NCBI GenBank assembly: GCA_963818475.1
Contig: CAWFSF010000006.1
Span: forward strand, 448,001 to 512,000
DNA from: Nitrospirota bacterium
Lineage (GTDB): Bacteria > Nitrospirota > UBA9217
Reading direction: 5' to 3'
Length of the DNA: 64,000 nt
Below are positions 48,771 through 58,900 of this stretch, piece by piece. The notes under the pieces were generated by a model. That model was not told the DNA's origin and did not search any database. It saw only the letters and a list, made by a program, of their open reading frames with translations. How positions within the stretch are numbered: the stretch's first letter is position 1; each line of letters begins with the position of its first letter. Both the position numbers and the translations under genes were made by a program.

Positions 48771-50160
48771 ATGTCCATCCAGACCGAAGTATCCCTGCAG
48801 AAGCTCCCTCCTCAGAACGTAGATGCCGAGCAGATGGTCCTGGGTGCCATCCTGATCGAGAACGACTCGATCAACAAGGTGGTCGATCTTCTCTCCCCTG
48901 ACGATTTCTACAAGGATTCCCACCGCAGGATATTCCAGATCATGCTCGACATGCACGTGGCCCGCGAGGCCATCGATCTGGTCACGCTCAGCGACCATCT
49001 GCGCGGAAAAACGACGATGGAAGGGGTCGGCGGCGCATCATACCTGGCAACGCTGGTCAGCCTCGTCCCCACGGCGGCGAACATCAAGTACCATGCCCGG
49101 ATCGTGCGGGAGAAATCGGTCCTCCGCAAGCTGATCCATACGTCCACGGACATCATTACACAATGCTACGATGATTCCCGGACCGTGGACAGTATCGATG
49201 AGCTGCTGAATACTGCCGAGCGGTCCATCTTCGATATTGCTCAGAAACAGATCGGCAAACCGTTTTTCTCGTTGAAGGAGATCGTCGGCCACAGCATCAA
49301 GATGGTCGAAAAGCTTTACGACCAGAAGGAAATGGTCACGGGAATCCCGACCGGTTTTGTGGACCTGGACAACATGATGTCGGGACTCCAGCCAAGCGAT
49401 CTTATCATCATCGCCGGCCGCCCTTCCATGGGAAAGACCGCGTTCTGTCTGAACATCGCCGCCCATGCGGCGATCGAAAAAGGAAAGACCGTCGCGTTCT
49501 TCAGCCTGGAAATGTCCAAGGGGCAGCTGGTGCTGAGAATGCTGGGTTCCGAAGCAAGGGTGGACGCGCATAAGCTCCGGACCGGCCATTTGTCCGACCG
49601 CGACTGGACGCCGCTGTCCAATGCGGCCGGCAGGCTGCACGAAGCGCCGATGTATATCGATGATTCGGCGGCAATCTCGGTGCTCGAGATGCAGGCAAAA
49701 GCGCGGCGGCTGAAGCTCGAACACGGCCTCGACCTGATCATTGTCGACTATCTGCAGCTCATGCGGGGACGGGGGAGCGAATCGAGCAGGGAACAGGAAA
49801 TATCGAATATCTCCCGTTCGCTCAAAATGCTTGCAAAGGACCTGGAGATTCCGGTCATTGCGCTGTCGCAGCTCAACCGGGCAGTGGAGACCCGGCCCGG
49901 CAAGGAAAAAAGGCCCATGCTCGCCGATCTTCGCGAATCCGGCGCCATCGAGCAGGACGCCGATGTGATCCTCTTCATATACCGGGACGAGGTCTATAAT
50001 AAATGCGAATGCCCTCCTGACGGTGAGTGTTTGTGCGGCAGGAGGGGCGTCGCCGAGATCATCATCGGGAAGCAAAGGAACGGTCCCGGTGGGCAAGGTG
50101 GATCTCACGTATATCAACAGGTTCACGCGGTTCGAAAACGCGGAAAAAAGATCTTTTTAG
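48771..50160 (+). CDS. dnaB: replicative DNA helicase, +1 frameshift near 50086
   Basis: PPQN.DAEQ, GRPSMGKT, FSLEM, DYLQL, LSQLNR, DLRESGAIEQDAD, KQRNGP; removing one C restores VGKVDLTYINRFTRFEN..stop at 50160. Confidence 0.95.
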
Positions 50161-50171
50161 GGAGGACGACG

Positions 50172-50955
50172 GTGGCAACCGAAAAAGCAACGGTCAGCGA
50201 GAATATTCAGAAATATATCCAGAAAGCCGACTGGAAGTCCGCAATCGCGGAGATGGAGAAGCTCTACGCAATTGATCAGGACCCCATCGTCCGGGTGCGC
50301 ATCGGCGATGCGCGCCAGAAGCTCAATCAGAAGCCGGAAGCCGTGAAGGAGTACATTCGCGCCGCGGACCTCTATGCTGAACGAGGTTTCGTGGTCAAGG
50401 CCCTGGCGCAGTACAAACTGGCGCTCCGGCTCGACCCGGCAAGCAAACCAGGCCCAGGAAAAGATGGAGGCCCTCCATTCGCACACCACCGTTGCCGAGA
50501 ACAAGATCGAGCCGCTGGAGTTCGGCACGCTCGAACCTGCCAGCAGCGTGATCCCCCTCTTTGCCGACCTTACTCAGGAAGAGTTCAACGACTTTATCAA
50601 GAGAATGGTCGTGCATACCTATCCGGCGGGCAAGACCATCATCCGCGAGGGAGATTCAGGCAGCTCTGTCTATGTCGCAACCCGCGGCACCGTCGGCGTC
50701 TCTACGATGCTTCAGGGGAAGAAAGTCCAGCTTGCCGTGCTGCAGCCCAGCGACTTTTTCGGAGAGATCGCCTTTCTCACGGGCAAGCCGAGGACGGCAA
50801 CCGTCGAAGCGCTCGAAGAGACCGAACTGCTGGAAGTGCCCGAAGATGAACTGCTGGACCTGATCTCCAAACGGCCGCGCATCAAGCAGGTGCTTCAGAA
50901 GTACCACGAGGAGCGGGTCAAAAACACGCTGGAGAAGGTCAAAGAAGTGATCTAG
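50172..50955 (+). CDS. TPR-like plus cNMP-binding domain protein (one module), +1 frameshift near 50448
   Basis: GGAGG RBS and GTG; colinear with both modules of the next gene; IIREGD, FFGEIAFLTGKPRTATV. Confidence 0.82.
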
Positions 50956-51021
50956 CCCCGTTGCGCGGGTTTCGGGGAGGCCAGAGCAGCACAACCGATT
51001 TGCGAAAACGGAGGCACAGGG

Positions 51022-52731
51022 ATGTCGACCGATAAAGCACAGCTCATCGACGCGATCCAGAACTATCTCGGCAAGTCCAACTGGAAGGCCGCTGTTGCCG
51101 AGATGGAGAAACTGTTTGCCATCGATCCTGATCCCATGATCCGTGTCCGCATGGGAGACGCCTACCAGAAATTGAATCAGAAGGCCGAAGCAGTGAAGGA
51201 ATATGTCCAGGCCGCCGACCTCTTTGCCGCCAAGGGCGTTATCGTCAGGGCGCTTGCCCTGTATAAACTGGCCCTCCGGCTTGATCCGCAGAGCAAACCT
51301 GCCAATGAAAAAATGGCCTCGCTCCACTCGAACACGGCCATGACCGAAAAAAGACCCGAACCGGTTGAAGAAGGCGCCTCGAAACCAGCCCGCAGTGTCA
51401 TCCCGTTGTTCGCAGGACTTACGCAGGAAGAATTCGACGATTTTACGAAAATGATGGCGGTGCACATCCTGCAGCCGGGCCAGCCCATCGTGAAGCAGGG
51501 GGATACCGGCCAGTCGGTGTACGTTATCGCGAACGGCTCGGTCAAGGTCTGGACGCTCGTCCCCTCAGGAGAGCGGCTGGACCTCGCGGTTCTCCGCGCC
51601 AACGAGTTCTTCGGCGAAATGTCCTTCCTTACCGGCAAACCCCGGACTGCAACGGTCGAGACAGCCGAAGATGCCGTGATCCTGGAAGTGACCGAGGACA
51701 AACTGCGTGATCTGGTTACGCGCAGGCCGCGCGTGCTGCAGGTGCTGGAGCAGTATTCCGCGACCCGTGAAAAAGGAACGAGCGCGAAGATACAATCCAC
51801 CCAAAAAGCACCTGCAACGGCGGAAAAGGTCGCGCAGCCGGAAGCCCCAGCGATGAAGGCTGCGCCCCCTGCAGCGCCGCAGCAGAAGCCCCAGGAAGCC
51901 GCTCCGGAGAAGGCCCCGTCCCCGAAGGCGCCGTCTGCGCCGGAAAAAGCCAGGCTGCTGGACAGTATCCAGAAACTCATCGGCAAGGCTGACTGGAAAT
52001 CCGTCATCGCCGAGATGGAAAAATTTTTTCTTATCGAGCCCGATCCGATCGTCCGCGTTCGCATCGGCGACGCCTATCAAAAACTGAACAACAAGGCCGA
52101 GGCCGTGAAAGAGTACCTGCGAGCCGCCGATCTGTATGCAGAAAAAGGCGGAGTCGTCAAAGCGCTTGCACAATACAAACTGGCATTGCGGCTCGACCCG
52201 GTCAACAAGCAGGCCCATGACCGGATCGAAGCGCTGCACTCGAACAAAGCGGTCAAGGATATCAAGGCCGGACCGGCGCAGCAGGGCGATGGGAAAGCGC
52301 AAAAACCGGCCAGCAGCGTTATTCCGCTCTTTGCCGGCTTTTCCCAGGAAGAGTTTAATGCCTTCACCAAGGTGATGAATGTTCACCCGCTCCCTGCCGG
52401 GTTGCCCATCGTGGAGCAGAACGATAAGGGTAAGTCGGTGTATATCATAGCGAGCGGGTCGGTGAAGATCTTTACCACACTGTTGTCCGGAGAGCGGGTT
52501 GATCTCGCTACGCTCGGGTCCGGAGATTTCTTCGGAGAAATATCGTTTCTGACCGGCAAGCCCCGAACCGCCACGGTCGAAACAGCCGAAGATTCCGTTA
52601 TCCTGGAAGTGACCGAAAGCAAACTGCAGGAGATCACGGCCCAGAACCCTCATATGATGGATGTGCTCCGGCAGTATTCGGACATGCGCTCAAAGGGCAC
52701 TGTGGCAAAGATCCTCGAATCCGAGAAATAG
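51022..52731 (+). CDS. protein with two TPR-like plus cNMP-binding modules and an Ala/Pro-rich linker
   Basis: internal duplication: RVR.GDAYQKL...EAVKEY..AADL.A.KG...ALA.YKLALRLDP and FFGE.SFLTGKPRTATV each occur twice. Confidence 0.88.
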   Translation: MSTDKAQLIDAIQNYLGKSNWKAAVAEMEKLFAIDPDPMIRVRMGDAYQKLNQKAEAVKEYVQAADLFAAKGVIVRALALYKLALRLDPQSKPANEKMASLHSNTAMTEKRPEPVEEGASKPARSVIPLFAGLTQEEFDDFTKMMAVHILQPGQPIVKQGDTGQSVYVIANGSVKVWTLVPSGERLDLAVLRANEFFGEMSFLTGKPRTATVETAEDAVILEVTEDKLRDLVTRRPRVLQVLEQYSATREKGTSAKIQSTQKAPATAEKVAQPEAPAMKAAPPAAPQQKPQEAAPEKAPSPKAPSAPEKARLLDSIQKLIGKADWKSVIAEMEKFFLIEPDPIVRVRIGDAYQKLNNKAEAVKEYLRAADLYAEKGGVVKALAQYKLALRLDPVNKQAHDRIEALHSNKAVKDIKAGPAQQGDGKAQKPASSVIPLFAGFSQEEFNAFTKVMNVHPLPAGLPIVEQNDKGKSVYIIASGSVKIFTTLLSGERVDLATLGSGDFFGEISFLTGKPRTATVETAEDSVILEVTESKLQEITAQNPHMMDVLRQYSDMRSKGTVAKILESEK

Positions 52732-52763
52732 ACCGCCAGCGTACGCTGACCCGGAGGTGCCCC

Positions 52764-53618
52764 ATGATCCGCCGACCCGCGGTGGCAGGTCAGTTTTACC
52801 AGGGATCAAAGGAAGCGCTGAAACGGCAGGTAGAGGGATTTCTCATCCCGGATGCCCGGAAGAAGAGTGCGCTCGGCATTCTCTCTCCCCATGCGGGCTT
52901 GATCTATTCCGGTTCCGTGGCAGGGGCGGTCTATTCAAGCGTTGAACTGCCCGGCACCTTCATACTCATCGGACCGAACCATACCGGCCTCGGAGCAGCC
53001 GTATCGATCATGTCCAGCGGTCAATGGGAAACGCCCCTTGGAATTGTCGAGATCGATGAATCTCTTGCAGCGGCCATTCGCGGCCGTTCCCGCCTCATTC
53101 GCGAAGACGACCGGGCCCACCTTCACGAGCATTCTCTCGAGGTGCAACTTCCCTTTATCCAGTATCTTTGTCCGACAGCAACGATCGTTCCGATCCAGAT
53201 GCTCGACACGAGGCTCGAGACCTGTCTTGAGGTCGGCCGGGCGGTGGGGGATTCGATTGCGGAATACGGGATGCGGAATGCGGAATATGATTCTGAAGCC
53301 CGAGATGCGAAATCCAAAGGTCCAGGAGTTCTCGTCGTTGCAAGTTCGGATATGAGCCACTACGAGCCGGCAGAAATCGCACGAAAAAAAGACCATCTTG
53401 CGATCGGTCAAATTCTCAATCTCGACCCTGAAGGTCTTTATCGGACGATTAAAAGCAATCACATCACCATGTGCGGCTTTGGACCTGCGGTCGCCATGCT
53501 TACTGCCTGTAAAATCCTCGGAGCTGCCAATGCAGAGCTGATCAAGTATACTAACTCCGGAGAAGTGAGTGGCAACTATGAGCAGGTCGTGGGGTATGCA
53601 GGTGTCGTCATTGTGTAG
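52764..53618 (+). CDS. amrB: AmmeMemoRadiSam protein B (MEMO1 family)
   Basis: IRRPAVAGQFY, PHAGLIYSG, GPNH, EHSLEVQLPF, ASSDMSHY, TMCG.GP, VVGYAG. Confidence 0.92.
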   Translation: MIRRPAVAGQFYQGSKEALKRQVEGFLIPDARKKSALGILSPHAGLIYSGSVAGAVYSSVELPGTFILIGPNHTGLGAAVSIMSSGQWETPLGIVEIDESLAAAIRGRSRLIREDDRAHLHEHSLEVQLPFIQYLCPTATIVPIQMLDTRLETCLEVGRAVGDSIAEYGMRNAEYDSEARDAKSKGPGVLVVASSDMSHYEPAEIARKKDHLAIGQILNLDPEGLYRTIKSNHITMCGFGPAVAMLTACKILGAANAELIKYTNSGEVSGNYEQVVGYAGVVIV

Positions 53619-53699
53619 TTCATTACATACCAGGGCAATCCTTCCCCTATAATACCATTCACCTGATAATTAAGTATCTGTTTTGTTTATTTATTTTCA

Positions 53700-53715
53700 T
53701 GGCATTGTCATTGCA
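53700..53715 (+). promoter_or_regulatory. sigma-54 (-24/-12) promoter
   Basis: TGGCAT-TGTCA-TTGCA fits TGGCAC-N5-TTGCW; AT-rich tract just upstream. Confidence 0.7.
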
Positions 53716-53776
53716 TAGTCTACTGCAGAAAATGCCGGGTTATGCTGCTGGCATTTTCTTGAGAGGCGGAGAAAAA

Positions 53777-53965
53777 ATGAGAAAGTTCAAGCTTATCTGT
53801 CCCGACTGCAATGCCTCGATCATCACATCATCACCCGGTTCGCTGGTATGGGAACTTTGCCCGGCCTGCCGGAAGCATGTTTGGGATGGGTATGATGCGC
53901 TCATGGCCGACGTGATGCCTCTGATGCCGCCCGGTGAACATGCCAATCGGATGCACTTGCAGTAA
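53777..53965 (+). CDS. 62-aa zinc-ribbon-like microprotein
   Basis: GGAG RBS; CPDC-x16-CPAC; stop 18 nt before pilV. Confidence 0.65.
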   Translation: MRKFKLICPDCNASIITSSPGSLVWELCPACRKHVWDGYDALMADVMPLMPPGEHANRMHLQ

Positions 53966-53983
53966 GTCCAAAGGAGAGAGTCT

Positions 53984-54433
53984 ATGGCAGTCCTTGTCAT
54001 AAAAAAAAGGCAGCAAGGATTTACGCTGCTGGAGCTTCTGATCGCGGTCTCCCTTCTCGCGATAGGCCTTCTTGCCGCAGCCAGCATGCAGGGCGTGGCG
54101 ATCAACGCGAACTCTTTCGCGAACAAAAACTCAATCTCGACATCTATCGCTCAGGAAGTGATGGAAACATTGATGTCACTGCCGATCGATAGTCCAACGG
54201 TGGTCACGGCGGTGACGGATTCGACCTGGGACCTGGACCCGGGGACCGCGGGCACCACGATAGCGGTCCCCGCGGGAGGCACCTACGAAGCTATCTATAC
54301 CGCTCATACTAATACCCCGACAGCCAGCGTAACGACGTTTATTGTGACGGTCAAACAGATCAATCCGGATGGAACGAAGAAAACAATGCTCACCTATACC
54401 GGACTCAAGCGCGTGACGAGGCAGACGATATGA
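53984..54433 (+). CDS. pilV: type IV minor pilin PilV-like
   Basis: QG/FTLLELLIA prepilin site, AQE.ME.L, first pilin of the cluster. Confidence 0.8.
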   Translation: MAVLVIKKRQQGFTLLELLIAVSLLAIGLLAAASMQGVAINANSFANKNSISTSIAQEVMETLMSLPIDSPTVVTAVTDSTWDLDPGTAGTTIAVPAGGTYEAIYTAHTNTPTASVTTFIVTVKQINPDGTKKTMLTYTGLKRVTRQTI

Positions 54434-55387
54434 ACAAGTATCGCAGAACGAGCGGCGGTTTTACTTTGATAGAACTTCTGATCGTTGCCGGCATGCTCGC
54501 CATCGTGATGGCCGCGGTTTATTCGCTGTACCTTACTCATATGCGGTCGGCCTACAGTCAGGATGAGGTGGTCGAGGTGCAGCAGAATCTCAGGATCGCG
54601 ATGGAGAGCCTCAGCCGCGATATCCGGATGGCCGGCTTCATGATTCCGACCAGCGCTCCGGCGCCGGCGAATACCCCGGTTCGGAGCATCAACAATAACT
54701 CGGGAGAGCTCAATTCAGATATCATTGAACTGAACACGGCTTCCGCTACAGGGGTCGTCGGGGTGCTGGCAATACCGTTCCCGGGCGGTGTTGTTGGAGC
54801 AGCGGCGATACAGATAGGCATTGGCGATTCTTTTCCTCTTGATTCCGAGGAATCTACTTATGCTTTTAAAGTGGGCGACTGTCTGAGAATTTTAAACCCG
54901 CAAACCTACGATGAACCCACGGATGCATCAAAAACCGTGGTGCATACGGTCTTCCAGGTGGCGGACATGGGAACGTCCTCGTTAACACTGGTAAAGGCAA
55001 AAGGTACTGATCCGGCGGGGACAATTTTTTCGAGAGGTGACGTGGTTGCCCGGGTCCATAAGGACTCGAACAATCCCAATACCATTAAGTACCTGCTTAC
55101 CACGGGCGGGACTTGCCCCACAGGCCAGACCTGCCTCTCAAGGCTCATAGATGAATGGGCCACGTGCAAAAGACACCCAAGTGGTTGCAACCAATATCGC
55201 AGGCCTTCAGTTCAAATATCTTCTGGATGATGACACTGCCGAACACGACACCGTTTCCTTTGCCGATATGGCCCGGATCCGTGCAGTGAAGATCACGATA
55301 ACCGGTGTGACGTCGGCAACAGCGGGTGCAAAAACACGGCAGATCGCTTCGATTGTCAAGATCAGAAACAGGCAGGAAGAAATCTAA
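54430..55387 (+). CDS. pilW: type IV minor pilin PilW-like, frameshift near 55160
   Basis: G/FTLIELLI, QQNLR.AM..L.RDIRMAG; C-terminal VATNIAGLQFKY..IRAVKITI..VKIRN lies in the next frame. Confidence 0.8.
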
Positions 55388-55420
55388 AACCGGTGTATGG
55401 GGTATGGCGTGGGGATAGTG

Positions 55421-55948
55421 ATGGATAAAATTAAAAAAGATGGAATGCAACTCGCTGACAGCTCTCCGTGGAGCGATCAGAAAGGCATTGCGCTTGTGCT
55501 GGCCCTGGTTATGCTCATGCTGCTCGGTTTTCTCGGCGCTTTTGCCCTTTCCACGAGCGATACGGAACTGCGAATTACCGGGAATTATCGAGCCAGGCAG
55601 GCTTCTTTTTTTGCTGCCGACGGAGGGCTTGAGTACGCCGCCAAGGACGGGATGATCAGGTCTCAGCTGGTCGCGAACAACGTCGCATCCTATCCAACCA
55701 CGAGTGATCCTGCAACAGTGCCCGGCACCGGCGCCGGCACGACGGCAAAAGTGCGCGTTGACTATATGCGCTTCGGCGACCCACCTCCGGGCAGCGGGTT
55801 CGATGCGGTCATCCTCAAGTTGACCGGCAAGAACCTTCCGGCCACGGCTTTCAAAATGCATTATGTGACCATAACCTCGGTCGGGACCGGGCCGATTGAC
55901 TCGGAAACAGCGACCGAATCCATGGTAGGCTGGGTGCAGCCCATGTAG
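55421..55948 (+). CDS. pilX: type IV minor pilin PilX-like
   Basis: KG/IALVLAL without Glu5, SDTELRITGNYR, FFAADGG. Confidence 0.8.
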   Translation: MDKIKKDGMQLADSSPWSDQKGIALVLALVMLMLLGFLGAFALSTSDTELRITGNYRARQASFFAADGGLEYAAKDGMIRSQLVANNVASYPTTSDPATVPGTGAGTTAKVRVDYMRFGDPPPGSGFDAVILKLTGKNLPATAFKMHYVTITSVGTGPIDSETATESMVGWVQPM

Positions 55949-55994
55949 TTGTTGCGAGAATTGATATCCGTATTACCCGATCGACGGAGGTACC

Positions 55995-58900
55995 ATGAAG
56001 AGATTTTTTCTGCCCATGCTGGCGCTGGTTGCGCTAACAGCGTTTTCACAGAGCGCTTTTGCAGCGCCGGATTGCTATAAGGGAGATACCGCGATCTACG
56101 GTTCTCCTACCTCATCACTCCGGCCGAAAGTCCTGTTTCTCATTGATAACAGCCATGCCACCCTGAACCCGGCAGTAGGCGAGCCCTACAATCCCGCCAA
56201 GATCTACACCGGAGGTACAACCACGTTCAGACCTAACTCCGTTTATCTGTCTGACAATCAGGGCATTTTTAACTCGGAGGTGCTCACGGACTATAGCGTA
56301 AACCTTCAGTGCAGCAGCGTAAAAACGATCTTGGGGAGAGCTGGCATCTACGCAGGCAGCGGGACGGTCGATAATCCTAATATTGATGTAATCGCGGGTA
56401 AAGGTGTTTGCCAAACCAGCCATCCGACAGGCGCGGTCTATGCACGCGGGAATTATCTGAATTATCTGGAGACGCCTATTGATCCAAGGCTATACGTGAA
56501 CGTAAATGGCAGTGATTATCTTTTGGCCCTGTCACATGAGCCAATTAGTTGCATGTCGGAACCTTACGACTGCAATGAGCCCGGCAATGAATTGGCAATT
56601 GATTATGAAGGTGAAAGAACGTATGAATGTTTAGTAACAAACGACGATGGGACCACCACCACCGGGACCTGCACCGAAACCGTATCTATCCCGGCATTGG
56701 ATTCAACTCCAGAGGATAGGGCTACATTAACTCCGGTTTACCGATGGGCTGCATTTTGGACAAAACAATCAACAAATACCTCGACTAATTCCTGGTCCGC
56801 AGGTGGAAACAGCGGGCCTGTTTACCCGCCGTGGTACGCTACGCCTAACCCGGGCAAGACCCAGCGCGAGATTGTATATAAAGCGCTTGAGTTGGTGATA
56901 CAAGCTGTACGCGGCAAAATTGATATCGGCGCAATGGTTTACAGCTCGAACAATGTAGGCGGTGAATTGCTCGCTGAGGTCTCTGATCTTTCATCCGAGG
57001 CCACGTATACTGCGTTCCTGGCAAAATTGCCCGGGAATGTGGCAGATAAGGTAGAGGCGCGAGCGTTGACCAGTAGAACAGCCCGGCCTCAGGCGGGGGC
57101 ACTTTACGATGCGGGGTTGTATTTTCAGGGAAACTATGGAAACTCGGGTTTAATGATCGGTAGTGACAGGACTACCCATCCGTCGCCGATTCAGTATAAA
57201 TGCGACAGCAGCGAAATTATCATGATCACGAACGGCATGTCAAATGGCGACCAAAGTCCAAAACTAAAAAATAACATTAAAGATTTTGATGATGATATGT
57301 ATGGTGGTGATGCTCCTCCATATGATGGTGAAGGTGAAGAGATCCCATACGGACAAGGCTCTCACTATCTGGACGACGTTGCAAAGTATCTGTACGATAA
57401 GGACAACATCGCTCTTCCGGGTGAAGATATTCTCCAGCGCGTTAAGACACACACGGTCCTCGTATTCCAGCCCGAAGACTCTCTCGTCAGCAGGGCCTCA
57501 GACAGCGCTCACGGCAACGGGAATTTTTACAATGTCTACAGCGCCGAAGCGCTGGCAAGGGCGCTTGCCGATCTTTTCCAGAGTATTGTTGATGATACGG
57601 ATACGTCCTTTATTGCGCCGGTGGTCCCGGTCAGCCCCGAAAACCGGACCTACAGCGGCAGCAGGGTGTACATGGGTTTTTTCAAGCCCCAAGACAACAA
57701 GTATTGGAAAGGCAATCTGAAAAAATATGGTCTCGACGAGAACAACAATATTGTCGACTCAAGGATCGATGCAGATGGAAAGCATACTTTTTTTGCGAAC
57801 TATATCGATAAGGACAACAACGGCTTCGATGATAGAGGAAACAACACTAATGAAGATCCGCTGGCCAATAAGAGCAGGGACGGCTCTTTCAGACCGGGGG
57901 CGAAGTCTTTCTGGAGTTCAGACGATGACGGCGCATCCGTCGTCTTAGGTGGTGTCGGAGGTGTTCTTAAGGACACTTCCAAGACAGTAATAGACCCGAC
58001 AGGCGCTGATCCGCTTTCCCGTAAAATATACACGAACCTGAATGGAGCGGGATATCTCATTACCACGTCCACTACCACGGGGAATATTTTTACTACAACT
58101 AACACGAGTATCACTCCCGATATGTTCAGGCTTACAACTGTGGAGGCCAAGGATAAACTGATAGGATTCTTCCATGGGGTGAATGCTTACGGTGAGAAAG
58201 AGGGTACAGAGACCACTCCCCCGGCAAACAGGAACTGGGTCCTGGGTGATATTCTCCACTCGAAACCCGTGATCGTGAATTACCAGAGCTATACCCAAAC
58301 AGAAGAAAATGACTGCTCAAAAAATACAGGGATCGTTTACGTCGGATCCAATGACGGGATGCTGCATGCGTTCAGGGATTGCGATGGAACAGAGGCCTGG
58401 GCATTCATTCCGAATGACTTGCTGCCACAGCTTAGGTTCATTACCACAAGGAACCACAACATGTTCGCCGATAGTACGGTGAGTGAGTATGTCTTTGATA
58501 ATAATATGAACGGTACGATCGAAACGGATGCCGCTAATGGTGATAAGGCTGTCATCGTTTTCGGGCTGAGGCGAGGCTCCGGACAGCTCGGGCTGGAGGG
58601 ACGTGGATTTTACTATGCGCTTGATGTGACGGACCCCGAAAAACCCAGAGTTTTATGGGGTCGCATAGGAAACAACACGGCTGGATTTGATGAGATGGGA
58701 GAATCGTGGAGCGAGCCGAAGATCGTAAAAATGAAAATCGGTACGTACGAGAGGATCGTCGCTATTTTCGGGGGCGGATACGATAACTGCAACGAAGACA
58801 GCCGCTATGGGGGGTCCCAGTTTTTCAATGGCGTGTGCGCAAATTTAGCTACCCCCCTGGGTGCTGGCATGAGTTATAGCCCTGGCGCCGCGGTCCCGAT

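Noticed and set aside
48771-50849. 692-aa ORF that looks like a DnaB-TPR fusion
   Set aside because: Caused by a +1 base near 50086; the normal DnaB C-terminus and stop are in the next frame (50160) and the downstream gene has its own RBS and GTG.
33800-52653. Long antisense ORFs (e.g. 33800-34837, 40290-41573, 49038-50126, 51565-52653)
   Set aside because: Shadow frames of well-supported GC-rich genes, with no recognisable motifs.
52764-53618. Link between amrB and the four radical SAM genes as an AmmeMemoRadiSam system
   Set aside because: AmrS is a PFL-activase-like radical SAM without a B12 domain; neither amrS nor amrA is in the window.
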